This document shows, piece after piece, positions 14,448 through 27,956 of a stretch of 64,000 nt of DNA (positions within the stretch are counted from its first letter, which is position 1; each line of letters opens with the position of its first letter). Both the position numbers and the translations under genes were made by a program. The stretch spans positions 27,218,001 through 27,282,000 of the forward strand of contig OZ024762.1 in NCBI GenBank assembly GCA_964016885.1. The letters run 5' to 3'. A model generated the notes under the pieces. It was not told the origin of the DNA. It saw only the letters and a list, made by a program, of their open reading frames with translations, and searched no databases. The stretch is from Eledone cirrhosa. Lineage: Eukaryota.

Positions 14448-16662
14448 TATAGACATAGAATATTCGAAAATATTCTGCATGTCTATAATAAACATTTTGA
14501 AGACCTAATCGCTATAGAATAGAATACGTCACGTATTACAATTAGATTCTCGATAAAAGCAAGGGAAGTAATCTACGCGTTTCATTCTTATTAGAAACCT
14601 TCAGGACTACATATCCAGTGCTTTTATCGAGAATGACACAGCTAGAGACTTATAGAATACTTAGCTGTGTACAGGAACTGGTTTGAAAGAGCGGTTGCCG
14701 GTCCGGCAGAAATTAGAAATTGGAATAAATGCTCTGAAATAGCGATATATATATGAATATAGACATAGAATATTCGAAAATATTCTGTATGTTTATAATA
14801 AACATTTTGAAGACCTAATCGCTATAGAATAGAATACGTCACGTATTACAATTAGATTCTCGATAAAAGCAAGGGAAGTAATCTACGCGTTTCATTCTTA
14901 TTAGAAATCTTCAGGACTACATATCCAGTGCTTTTATCGAGAATGACACAGCTAGAGACTTATAGAATACTTAGCTGTGTACAGGAACTGGTTTGAAAGA
15001 GCGGTTGCCGGTCCGGCAGAAATTAGAAATTGGAATAAATGCTCTGAAATAGCGATATATATGTGAATATAGACATAGAATATTCGAAAATATTCTGTAT
15101 GTTTATAATAAACATTTTGAAGACCTAATCGCTATAGAATAGAATACGTCACGTATTACAATTAGATTCTCGATAAAAGCAAGGGAAGTAATCTACGCGT
15201 TTCATTCTTATTAGAAATCTTCAGGACTACATATCCAGTGCTTTTATCGAGAATAAGAATGAAACGCGTAGATTACTTCCCTTGCTTTTATCGAGAATCT
15301 AATTGTAATACGTGACGTATTCTATTCTATAGCGAATAGGTCTTCAAAATGTTTATTATAAACATACAGAATATTTTCGAATATTCTATGTCTATATTCA
15401 CATATATATCGCTATTTCAGAGCATTTATTCCAATTTCTAATTTCTGCCGGACCGGCAACCGCTCTTTCAAACCAGTGCCTGTACACAGCTAAGTATTCT
15501 ATAAGTCTCTAGCTGTGTCATTCTCGATAAAAGCACTGGATATGTAGTCCTGAAGATTTCTAATAAGAATGAAACGCGTAGATTACTTCCCTTGCTTTTA
15601 TCGAGAATCTAATTGTAATACGTGACGTATTCTATTCTATAGCGATTAGGTCTTCAAAATGTTTATTATAAACATACAGAATATTTTCGAATATTCTATG
15701 TCTATATTCACATATATATCGCTATTTCAGAGCATTTATTCCAATTTCTAATTTCTGCCGGACCGGCAACCGCTCTTTCAAACCAGTTCCTGTACACAGC
15801 TAAGTATTCTATAAGTCTCTAGCTGTGTCATTCTCGATAAAAGCACTGGATATGTAGTCCTGAAGATTTCTAATAAGAATGAAACGCGTAGATTACTTCC
15901 CTTGCTTTTATCGAGAATCTAATTGTAATACGTGACGTATTCTATTCTATAGCGATTAGGTCTTCAAAATGTTTATTATAAACATACAGAATATTTTCGA
16001 ATATTCTATGTCTATATTCACATATATATCGCTATTTCAGAGCATTTATTCTAATTTCTGCCGGACCGGCAACCGCTCTTTCAAACCAGTTCCTGTACAC
16101 AGCTAAGTATTCTATAAGTCTCTAGCTGTGTCATTCTCGATAAAAGCACTGGATATGTAGTCCTGAAGATTTCTAATAAGAATGAAACGCGTAGATTACT
16201 TCCCTTGCTTTTATCGAGAATCTAATTGTAATACGTGACGTATTCTATTCTATAGCGATTAGGCCTTCAAAATGTTTATTATAAACATACAGAATATTTT
16301 CGAATATTCTATGTCTATATTCACATATATATCGCTATTTCAGAGCATTTATTCCAATTTCTAATTTCTGCCGGACCGGCAACCGCTCTTTCAAACCAGT
16401 TCCTGTACACAGCTAAGTATTCTATAAGTCTCTAGCTGTGTCATTCTCGATAAAAGCACTGGATATGTAGTCCTGAAGATTTCTAATAAGAATGAAACGC
16501 GTAGATTACTTCCCTTGCTTTTATCGAGAATCTAATTGTAATACGTGAGGTATTCTATTCTATAGCGATTAGGTCTTCAAAATGTTTATTATAAACATAC
16601 AGAATATTTTCGAATATTCTATGTCTATATTCACATATATATCGCTATTTCAGAGCATTTAT

Positions 16663-16668
<6 letters not shown>
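14445..16668. mobile_element. 310-bp hammerhead-containing tandem/inverted array (non-LTR retrozyme-like / PLE pseudo-LTR array)
   Basis: About 2.6 units with HHR on - (14445-15254) join about 4.6 units with HHR on + (15252-16668). Units are nearly identical and the array is flanked by (TA)n on both sides. Confidence 0.9.
15544..15586 (+). ncRNA. Minimal type I hammerhead ribozyme (also + 15854-15896, 16157-16199, 16467-16509; - 14568-14610, 14878-14920, 15188-15230)
   Basis: GTAGTC-CTGAAGA-[T TTCT AATA AGAA T]-GAAA-CGCG-TA-GATTAC. 6-bp stem I, palindromic ACGCGT stem/loop III and GUA triplet. Stem I is extended by the 16-bp ATTCTCGATAAAAGCA/TGCTTTTATCGAGAAT helix. Confidence 0.88.
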
Positions 16669-16715
<47 letters not shown>

Positions 16716-16827
16716 TGCTACTGTACGTCTGTATACATATATGTATGTACGTATACATACATACTTACATTTAAGTAAGTGCCGTACTAAGAATGAGAAA
16801 TGAAATTTCGTTTTCATTTTATTTCAA

Positions 16828-16912
<85 letters not shown>

Positions 16913-17369
16913 TATGTGTGTGTTTATATATATGTGTGTATTTATACATGTATGTATAAGTACAGGGTCTCACAACAAAATGTATACAATTTGATTACCT
17001 GTACAAGCGATATTTATTAGAATGCTATTGAAGTATGTATACATTTTTGGGACACATGTGTGTGGAAGTATGTATGTGTATGTATGCATGTATCTGTATG
17101 TGTATGTATGCATGTGTATGTGTGAATGTATGTATATTGTATGTATGCATGTGTAAAAAATGAAAACCAGCAATAGCTGATGGATTTAAACCTGCGATGG
17201 ACTGGCGTCTTGTCCAGGGATGGGTGACTTGTACATTCAGACGTTTAACGCGGCAGATGAACCAGCCTGATCAACATCCGAGCTTGAGTCAAACTTTAGA
17301 CTTTTAGAGTGTCGAGGTAACCGTCAAACGCTCCAATCATTGGTTTACTGGGATTGTAGTGAAGTCGCA

Positions 17370-17505
17370 TGGATTACTGGTTAGAACATTGGGCTTGCCA
17401 TCGAAAGGTTGTGAGTTCAATTCTCAGACCGGGTGATGTGTTGTTTCCTTGAGCAAGACACTTTATTTCACATTGCTCCAGTTTACTCAGCTGTAGAAAT
17501 GAGAT
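17370..17505 (+). mobile_element. tRNA-derived SINE of a second family (Nin/Deu-domain-like)
   Basis: TGGTTAGAAC..GGTTGTGAGTTCAATTC head followed by CCTTGAGCAAGACACTTTATTTCACATTGCTCCAGTTTACTCAGCTG. Confidence 0.65.
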
Positions 17506-18629
17506 GATAGGGCTGGGGTCCCTATCATTAAATTATCCAAGACACCTCCAACAAGATATACCTTGGAGGAGGCCAGCTAAACCTGCATAGGTGTGAGGTG
17601 TCACACATACACGTACATTACTGAGATGGTATGGTATGTTGGTGTCGAGGTAGTTTTTCTTTTTGTGGTGTTTGTTTTATTTTATTTTATTTCATTTTAT
17701 TTTATTTTATTTTATTTTATTTTATTTTATTTTATTTTATCTTATTTTTTTTTTTTTTTTTACATATATACACACCTATGCACACGACTTTCATGCGAGT
17801 CCATGTTTATAATTGATATGACTTATTAATGAGCGCTGGAAAACTAAAATAAAAATATTTTAATGTCATGTTTGAACTGCTTGCAAAACTTCCGGTTTAT
17901 CTCATGAGACATAGCAACATATTCGTTGAATTAATATCACACTAATCCTATCGTCTGCTTCCGACAAACTTGTCGCCATTTTGTTTTTGTTTTTTGTGTA
18001 TCATATACATATATATATATGTGTGTGTGTGTGTTTTTTTTTTCTATCATGACACAAAATCGATGCTCAAATATAAGGCGAGCCAAAATAATTTATCACT
18101 TTTACTACGTTATAGAAACTCTCTAGTTTATCTTTATTCATTGGAAGAAGATAGCGTTTCGCCACATCACACACAAACGTCAGACATCACATATTGCGTA
18201 GAAGAATTTCTATATATTTAAATAAATTCTGCATCAAGGAATCATCGTGTTGAAATAGATATTACTGCTATAAACTAACGATAGGTGTTAAAAATAAAAT
18301 GTGGCGCCTCCAACTAACATTCTATTCAATTCAAGAGGTCCCTCGACTGTTAACAGCATCAAATTCGTATATGTTTCCATGGTGTGACATGACTTGACTG
18401 CAGTGAATTTATGATGTTGCTGGAGGAAAGATAGAGTGGAAACAAGGAAAGACACGAAAAAATATAAAGAATGGAAAAGAAAGGAAAAAGTATAAAAAGA
18501 GAACTATAACAGAAGTGAAAAAATAAACAGACTTTTCCTGTGAGTCTCTATATAATATTTAGAGGTGTGAGATATATCTGCGAAATATCTTTTTTTTTTA
18601 AAATCACATTCAAATGTCTTACCTAAGTT

Positions 18630-18836
18630 GTGTTTCTGTATGTGTATATGTGTGTGTATGCTCGCACTCACACACACACATATACATATTTACATATGTA
18701 TATATATATATATACATATATATATAAATATGTATTTATATATATATATGTGTGTATTTATGTATATATATGTATATATATATATGTATATATATATATG
18801 TATATATGTATATATGTATATATATATATGTGTATG

Positions 18837-18869
<33 letters not shown>

Positions 18870-18938
18870 ATGTATGCATATGTATATATATATATATATA
18901 TACATATATATATGTATACATATATATATATATATACG

Positions 18939-19015
<77 letters not shown>

Positions 19016-19104
19016 ATATATACATATATATACATGTATATATGCATATGTATACATATATATATACATATATATAAATATATATGTATATATATATATA
19101 TATG

Positions 19105-19135
<31 letters not shown>

Positions 19136-19186
19136 TTGTATATGATATATATATATATATACATATATGTGTGTGTGTGTGTGTGT
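18630..19186. repeat. Compound (TA)/(TG) microsatellite
   Basis: Direct reading. Confidence 0.9.
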
Positions 19187-19204
19187 AAACCTCTTGTTTT
19201 TGTG

Positions 19205-19408
19205 TAGATGGTTTAGGACAGTAGAAAAGAGAGACACAATATAAAAACCCAGTCTCCGAGGAGGTCACAGAATGCGTGACGAAAGAGCTTCGACAATATA
19301 TAAACAACCTTCCGGTTATCGAACCAACCAACCGTAAATTTATAATAAATTGAAGTGAAAACGAACAGGTGCGTGTGCTTTTATTGGCAGCATGAGCCTT
19401 CCAAATAT

Positions 19409-19461
<53 letters not shown>

Positions 19462-19660
19462 CAGGGAGTTACTGTAGATTCACCCCGATGAGCACTCGAT
19501 GTTTAGGTTCACTTCTGTGTCGAGATGTAGAGCAAGACAGAGTGTAATATAAAATAAAACAAGGACGAGTGGTTACTCCTTCATTACGTTTATTGGTTGG
19601 TGACGTGCGTTTCGCCACTGATCAACTCAAGGTTCGATCTGTATCGATCTAGCCCGACTC
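19205..19660. mobile_element. Composite of two hammerhead-bearing repeat families joined by (TA)n; second copy at 57514-57980
   Basis: 19205-19412 aligns with 57514-57702 and 19460-19660 with 57760-57955. HHR-like GTCT-CCGAGGA-g-GTCAC..GTGAC-GAAA-GAGC-TT-CGAC at 19252-19294. Confidence 0.75.
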
Positions 19661-20204
19661 TATATATATATATGCACTAGCACGTGTGACGTTATTAAAA
19701 TGTAACATTCAAACTCTGCTATTTTCACCTTATCTTACTCATCATCAACCTTAAAAATATCGATTTCTAATTCTGCAGGTAAAACGCCAGCAAAGTTTTT
19801 TGAATTAATCTCCCACAGTGTTTGACTGGTACTAAGGTCGATTTAGTCAACTCTGCCCTTGTGTCCAAATTAGAAATCAACCTTGTTAATATTAAGAGCA
19901 CTAGCACACTTGTAACATCCCTCCTTCATTAACCAGCGCTAATTTTCACATCTTTAATTCGTCATTAGTAATTATAGCTGATTCCTGATTATACATTTCG
20001 ATTTGCAGGTCCATAATAAGGCAACCCTAATCAGCCATAGCTAATTTGAAATTCCTCATTTCGATGTCTTAATTATACACTTTTAACAACACATCACCTA
20101 ATATAACACAAGACTTAATTAAGCATAACTGATTAATTTCACTTTAATGTGGACAAACTTTCGATCCCCACCAATGAAATCAAAGTATGCAAATCTGAAG
20201 TCAT

Positions 20205-20850
20205 ACATTTCACACACACACACACACGCACGCGCGCACACACACGCTCACACAGACCCGCGCACACACATGCAAACACATACCCACTCACAAACATGCA
20301 AACACATACTACCCCCCCACACAACACACTCACACACACTCATACCCACACACACACATGCAAACACATACCCACGCACATACATACCCACTCACACACA
20401 TGCAAACACATACCCATGCTCACACATACCCACGCACACACATGCAAACACATAACCACGCATACCCACACACATACATACCCACTCACACACATGCAAA
20501 CACATACCCACGCGCACACACAAACCCACTCACACACATACAAACACATACCCACTCACACACATGTAAACCTCATACCCACTCACACACATGTAAACCT
20601 CACAATCATGCAAACACATACGCACTCACACATATGCAAAAACACACACACATGCAAACACATACCCACTTAAACACATACCCACTCACACACATGCAAA
20701 CACACACACACACACACACGCACGCATACCCCCCACCCCACCCTCCACACACACACACACACACATACCCACGCTCACACATGCAAACACACACACACAT
20801 GCAAACACATACCCATTCACACACATGTAAACCTCATATGCACGCACACA
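20205..20850. repeat. CA-rich minisatellite (about 26-bp ACACATACCCACTCACACACATGCAA variants)
   Basis: The motif recurs many times with variation. Confidence 0.85.
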
Positions 20851-21624
20851 AATAGAAAGTGCGGTAAAACGACGACTGTAGCCCAATGACGTTCGTGTCC
20901 CCATACCAGTAATTAGAGTCTCTTGCTTGTCGTTTTACTTAGTTAGGGGACCTGTATATGGTTTACAAGGGCGCGTGTTTGAATTTTTTTCATGATGGTT
21001 TTTTAGAGGATACTACGCTGGATCAAGAGAAAGCGGTTCACGGGTGTTTCCGTGTCTGCACGCAATTGCAAAGTATATCTACTCAATTGAGAGTGACAAC
21101 TGCAGTTAGTTTAGTTAAATGTATGCATGAAAACAGAAATAAGAACATAGAACTTCTCAGGATCTCTCTAGATATTGATTCATTTCATACAGCTTGTATT
21201 TGAAAAGACGACGTTTGATACATCTATGTATAAATGTGTGCCTCTTCCGTTTGTCTGTTACACAATACATGTGCGTGTGTGTGTGATTGTGTGAATGCAT
21301 GTGTGTGTAAAGAGAAGGAAGAAGATAGTGAAGAAACTATAGCAAAATAGTGGCTTGCGTTCCATTTGCTACTCTCTGTGTAATTGTATGAGTATATGGG
21401 TGTTTGTTTGAATGTATGTATTTGTGTGAATGTATGTGTATTTGTGTGAATGTATGTGTATGTTTGTGTGAATGTATATGTGTGTTTGTGTGAATGTATG
21501 TCTGTGAGTGTATTTTTCTAAGTGTGTCTGTGTTTGCTGCGCGTTTATATTTACATACTCACATACGCATCAGCGTGTTGAAAAACATTCTAGTTTAGAA
21601 AATTCTATATCCTTTCCCAGGCAT

Positions 21625-21775
21625 AATTAGCAGATTCATTAGAACGTTGAATAGAAGGCTTCGCTGTATTCGATCCAACTCTCTGCTCTCTGAGTTCTGT
21701 GATCAAATCCCGCCGAGGTCAACTTGGCTTTTCATAATTTCGAGATCGATATAAATAGTACCAGTACATTGCCAA
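21625..21775 (+). mobile_element. Decayed CORE-type SINE
   Basis: CAAATCCCGCCGAGGTCAACTTGGCTTTTCAT..GATCGATATAAATAGTACCAGT. Confidence 0.65.
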
Positions 21776-22049
21776 GGACGAAAATCTATACTTCTCCTAT
21801 ATCTGTTTCTCACTTACAGGCGTCAAATCTCCCCGTCGTCTTCTCTTGTGACAACGGCTATATCTTTCATTATGTAAAAATCTTCTCCATTTTGCCCCAT
21901 TGTTCCCCTTTGGGTTTTTAGAGGTTGGCAGGCCTGCAACTACTTTCTATCATTCACTCTCTCTCACGCTCTCTCTCTCTCTCTCACTTCTGCCTTATTC
22001 TCTCAGGCTCTCTCACGTTCTCTCTCTCACGCGCTCTCTCTCTCTCCCT

Positions 22050-22115
<66 letters not shown>

Positions 22116-22359
22116 TATGTTTCTCTCTCTCGCAGTCTCTCTCTCACTCTCTGCCTCTCTCTCTTTCTCACTGTCACGCTCTCTCACCCTCTCTCTCTCA
22201 CTCAAACTCTCTCCTTCCCTGTAAGATATCACCCTAGAAGGCCGCTTGTCACACCACCAACAGGTACAGGTTCTCACACATAACAAGCCATACGCTAGCT
22301 ACGTTTAGAAAATTCTAGATCTCTCCTGCAAACACTCCTAGTTTCTTGGATACTGTTTC

Positions 22360-22700
22360 AGTTGTTGTTGTAGTCGTTGTTGTAGTCGTTGTTGTTGTTG
22401 TTGGTGGTGGTGGTGGTGGTGGTGGTGGTGGTATATATTTCGCCGCCGTCTTTGTTGTTGTAGTTCTTGTAGTTGTTGCTGTTCTAGTTGTTGTTGTTGT
22501 GGTTGTTGGTATCAGTGTTATATATTTCATCATCATCATCGCCATCATCGCCATCATCGCCATCATCGCCATCGTCGTCATCGTCATCATCGTCATCGCC
22601 ATCATCGTCTTTGTTGTTGTTGTTGATGTCGTTGTTGTCATCGTCGTCGTTGTTGCTGTTGTCTTCGTTGTTGTTGTTGTTGTTGTTGTCGTCGTCGTCG

Positions 22701-22740
<40 letters not shown>

Positions 22741-22791
22741 CGTTGTCGTTGTTGTTGTTGTTGTCGTCGTCGTCGTCGTCGTCGTCGTCGT

Positions 22792-22825
<34 letters not shown>

Positions 22826-22941
22826 GTTGTTGTCGTTGTCGTTGTTGTTGTTGTTGTTGTTGTTGTTGTCGTTGTCGTTGTTGTTGTTGTTGTCGTCGTT
22901 GTCGTCGTCGTTTTTGTTATTGTTGTCGTCGTCGTTGTCGT

Positions 22942-22974
<33 letters not shown>

Positions 22975-23021
22975 CGTTGGTGTTGTTGTTGTTGTCGTCG
23001 TCGTTGTTGCTGTTGTCTTCG

Positions 23022-23052
<31 letters not shown>

Positions 23053-23097
23053 CGTCGTCGTCGTCGTTTTTGTTGTTGTTGTCGTCGTCGTTGTCGT

Positions 23098-23130
<33 letters not shown>

Positions 23131-23139
23131 CGTTGGTGT

Positions 23140-23172
<33 letters not shown>

Positions 23173-23181
23173 CGTTGGTGT

Positions 23182-23215
<34 letters not shown>

Positions 23216-23253
23216 GTCGTCGTCGTTGTCGTTGTTGTTGTTGTCGTTGTCGT

Positions 23254-23308
<55 letters not shown>

Positions 23309-23325
23309 GTCGTCGTCGTTGTCGT

Positions 23326-23358
<33 letters not shown>

Positions 23359-23367
23359 CGTTGGTGT

Positions 23368-23401
<34 letters not shown>

Positions 23402-23490
23402 GTCGTCGTCGTTGTCGTTGTTGTTGTTGTCGTTGTTGTTGTTGTCGTCGTCGTCGTCGTTTTTGTTGTTGTTGTCGTCGTCGTTGTCGT

Positions 23491-23523
<33 letters not shown>

Positions 23524-23532
23524 CGTTGGTGT

Positions 23533-23566
<34 letters not shown>

Positions 23567-23604
23567 GTCGTCGTCGTTGTCGTTGTTGTTGTTGTCGTTG
23601 TCGT

Positions 23605-23659
<55 letters not shown>

Positions 23660-23778
23660 GTTGTTGTCGTTGTCGTTGTTGTTGTTGTTGTCGTCGTTGT
23701 CGTCGTTGTTGTTGTTGTTGTTGTTGTTGTTGTCGTCGTCGTCGTCGTTTTTGTTGTTGTTGTCGTCGTCGTTGTCGT

Positions 23779-23811
<33 letters not shown>

Positions 23812-23972
23812 CGTTGGTGTTGTTGTTGTCGTCGTTGTCGTTGTTGCTGTTGATGTTGTTGTCGTCGTCGTCGTCGTTGTTGTTGTTGTCGTCGTCGTTG
23901 TTGCTGTTGTCTTCGTTGTTGTCGTTGTTGTTGTTGTCGTTGTTGCTGTTGTTGCTGTTGTTGTTGTTGTTC
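22360..23972. repeat. (GTT/GTC)n trinucleotide array with higher-order blocks
   Basis: Recurring TTT and GGT marker triplets define repeated blocks. The poly-T/V/Q ORFs are artefacts. Confidence 0.92.
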
Positions 23973-24191
23973 GTTCATCTTTAAAAGGTGTTGTGAAAGC
24001 AATTACCGTGAAATGACGGCGTTGCTGTTCACATATCTCTGCAATCAACAAATGTGTTTTATATTCGGTTGCAGAGAAAATAGGATTACTTTTGATCCAG
24101 CAAATTACGGGCAGAAATTATATGCCATAACATTCTGGCTTTTAATGAATGTATTAAATCATACACACACATATATGTGTGTGTATGTGTG

Positions 24192-24324
<133 letters not shown>

Positions 24325-24333
24325 TGAGCGAGA

Positions 24334-24367
<34 letters not shown>

Positions 24368-24396
24368 TATATAATTTAGCAATCAGTTATAATTTC

Positions 24397-24450
<54 letters not shown>

Positions 24451-24559
24451 GCACACAGATTTATATGTACACACATATATAAATGCACATTCATACATAA
24501 ACACATACCTCTATACATATATAGATATATATACACATACATCTGCCTATGTATACAGG

Positions 24560-24636
<77 letters not shown>

Positions 24637-24769
24637 CATACATATATATATATATATGATGTTTTATATATATCTTATGTTAACTATTTTCCCATTTTGA
24701 CGCTATAGTCACATATATGTTGTGGAATACTGTTAGCTTCTCGCTACAACAATTTCTATACTTTTCATT

Positions 24770-24863
24770 TATATAATATATATATATATATGTGTGTGTG
24801 TGCGCGTATGTGTGTATAAATATTTATTAATATTGTGTATATATATACATATATATAGAGATA

Positions 24864-24930
<67 letters not shown>

Positions 24931-25012
24931 GTATATGTGTGTGTGTGTGTGCGCGTATGTGTGTATAAATATTTATTAATATTGTGTATATATACACATA
25001 TATATAGAGATA

Positions 25013-25097
<85 letters not shown>

Positions 25098-25554
25098 GTA
25101 TATGTGTGTGTGTGTGTGAGTGTGTGTGTATTTATATATACGCATATATATACATTATATTTATACTTTATTGTATATATATATATATATACAATCAAGT
25201 ATATATATAATGTTTATATGCGTATATATAAATACACACACACACACACATATACATATATATATACATATACATATATATATATATAAATATATATATA
25301 TATACATTATATATATTCTTGATTGTATATATATATATATATATATATACAATCAAGTATAGATATAATGTATATATGCGTATATATAAATACACACACA
25401 CACATATACATATATATATACATATACATATATATATATAAATATATCTCTATATACATTATATATATACTTGATTGTATATATATATATATATATACAA
25501 TCAAATATAGATATAATGTATATATGCGTATATATAAATACACACACACACACA

Positions 25555-25590
<36 letters not shown>

Positions 25591-25755
25591 TATATATATA
25601 TATATATATATACATATACTTATATATATATGTATATATATATATAAATATATCTATATATACATTATATATATATATAATGTATATATTATAGATATAA
25701 TGTATATATGTGTATATATAAATACACACACACACACATATATATATACATATAC

Positions 25756-25786
<31 letters not shown>

Positions 25787-25840
25787 AATATATATATATA
25801 TACATTTTATATATACTTGATTGTATATATATATATAATA
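24770..25840. repeat. Compound TA/TG/CA microsatellite with local duplications
   Basis: Spacers such as TAAATATTTATTAATATTG and CTTGATTG..CAATCAAG recur. Confidence 0.85.
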
Positions 25841-26176
25841 TAAATCGAAAAATCACTGATGCATCTGGATTCAATTTTTTGTGTGTTACAATTGTTTCGC
25901 CGGCAGACAGCTTGAGATACGATCATTGTATGGTTCTGTCTGATTTGGGAGACTGCAGTTTCGTCGGACCAAATTTTCTTACTGGGGTGTTAGCGTCAAA
26001 AAAACATCTTCTTCGCTTTGTCTGCTGTTGGCTATTGTTTTTCTACGTCATCATAAATTCTGGCCAATAGTTGATGTCAGACTGTCCATCAGCTACCCAA
26101 TGAATTCATGGTGGGTTTAGTATTTCACAAGTCCACTCACACACACATATATACACGCATATACATACGTATATAC

Positions 26177-26244
<68 letters not shown>

Positions 26245-26526
26245 TCACATACACACACACACGCAAATAACCATATAACTAACAATATACGCGTCCACAA
26301 ACGCCTGCCTACATCCCCACGTACATCAGCTCTCACACGCACACACATGCGCACACACACACACACGCACACGCATACATGAACACACACATGCGTACGC
26401 GTGTATCTACTCATATACACAAACACGTACAGACATATACATAGACACGCACACAGACACACGTGTCCGTATATCAAGGCACAAAGACAGACTCGCTCCC
26501 AAACACACACACACACACACACTGGG

Positions 26527-27269
26527 GTACTATCCCCATTCGAGTGCTAAAGCAACATACCGAATTTGAATTCGTTAGCTTGGCCGCAAACTAAAGCTTC
26601 GTTTATTCTGTACTAAAATTTGTATTTTAACTCCTAGAACTAACGATTAACTGATTAATTTAATTAGATGATTCTATTGATTGATTAATTGTTTATGTTT
26701 GTTTGATAACTTCTGGTTGAGTGCTTAATTCGGTTTGTCTAAAGGAATTTCATTCCTTCGTCTCAAATTTGAATCCACCGCCAAAGCGGGGGTTACCTCC
26801 CTTGGAGAAAACCACGTGTCTACAGCGAAATTCACTGCTAGAACATACCCGCAGAGGCTAAATAACACAAGACTTGCTGAAGAAGTAAATCCTTTGTTCT
26901 GTCGCCAAAAACCATTAACTTGCAGACACATGCAAGCGGAATTTGTCGATCTTGGATTTGCAGAAACCTAGCGCTGATATTGTGTGCTGTATGTGATGTA
27001 TGTCGTGAGCTATACGATATGCATTATATATTCCATTCAGTCCCACCGTCCTGTCCAGGTCAGTCTAAAATCTTTTCCTGAGTCCTGTATTTTCGTTGCT
27101 GTGGTAATGCGGCTGGACAGCCGATCGCTATATTTGATTTGCTAAGCTGTCTAAACGTATAGTTATTACTCTGGAGTACTATCCCCATCCGAGTGGTAAA
27201 GCTACATAACGAATTTGCATTCGTTAGCTTGGCCGCAAACTAAAGCTTCGTTTATGCTTTACTAAAATT

Positions 27270-27271
<2 letters not shown>
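26527..27271 (+). mobile_element. Element with terminal direct repeats of about 95 bp (period about 650 bp), pseudo-LTR-like
   Basis: GTACTATCCCCAT..TTCGTTAGCTTGGCCGCAAACTAAAGCTTCGTTTAT..TACTAAAATTTGTA at 26527 and 27176. Internal HHR-like CTGAAGA-a-GTAAATCC..GGATTTGC-a-GAAA at 26877-26966. Flanked by (CA)n and (TA)n. Confidence 0.6.
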
Positions 27272-27319
<48 letters not shown>

Positions 27320-27660
27320 AATATACACACAAACAAACCCTTACCCTACAGTAGGTGCGCCTACACATACACACTGGCTGATATACATTCAAACAAATAC
27401 GCGCCCAATTACCTCCGAGCCCACGTACATCTACAAAGATACATACACGCATACATATATCAGTCCGTACTCAAATATGATATACTCACAGTCATATAAA
27501 TCTGCACAATGGGTCATACAGGGTCATCCATGAAAGGATGCATGTTGTTATACACATACGCAAATATAAACAATGTAACCAAATACATACATCCATACAC
27601 ATACATGCACGTATACAAACACACATATAAATAAATAAATTAGTAAAAAAAAATTAAAAA

Positions 27661-27699
<39 letters not shown>

Positions 27700-27700
27700 T

Positions 27701-27749
<49 letters not shown>

Positions 27750-27756
<7 letters not shown>

Positions 27757-27956
27757 AATTAAAAAGAACAGAAAGATGCAGTAAAAGAGATTTCTGATGA
27801 TATGGGATCGATTGTGCATTGGATATCGAATGCTCTACTAAATATATACTATTATAGATGTAGCGAGATCTAGGCAAATTGATGTCTATTGAAACGTACG
27901 TAAGAACCGTATAAATCTCTTTTACTGCATCTTTCTGTTCTTTTTAATTCTTTATA
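27750..27956 (+). ncRNA. Hammerhead motif (27791-27905) with long stem II inside an inverted repeat of about 44 bp
   Basis: TTT-CTGATGA-[T ATGGGATCGATT...AATTGATGTCTAT T]-GAAA-CGTACG-TA-AGA. Arms at 27750-27793 and 27913-27956. Confidence 0.65.

Larger units (their letters stand above)
13447..16830. mobile_element. Non-autonomous repeat (unit about 470 bp; two tandem copies plus an inverted partial copy) hosting the 310-bp array
   Basis: 13447-13860 and about 13917-14350 are near-identical. 14351-14390 and 16690-16830 are reverse complements of 14056-14093 and 13858-13976. A diverged tandem copy lies at 56073-56790. Confidence 0.8.
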
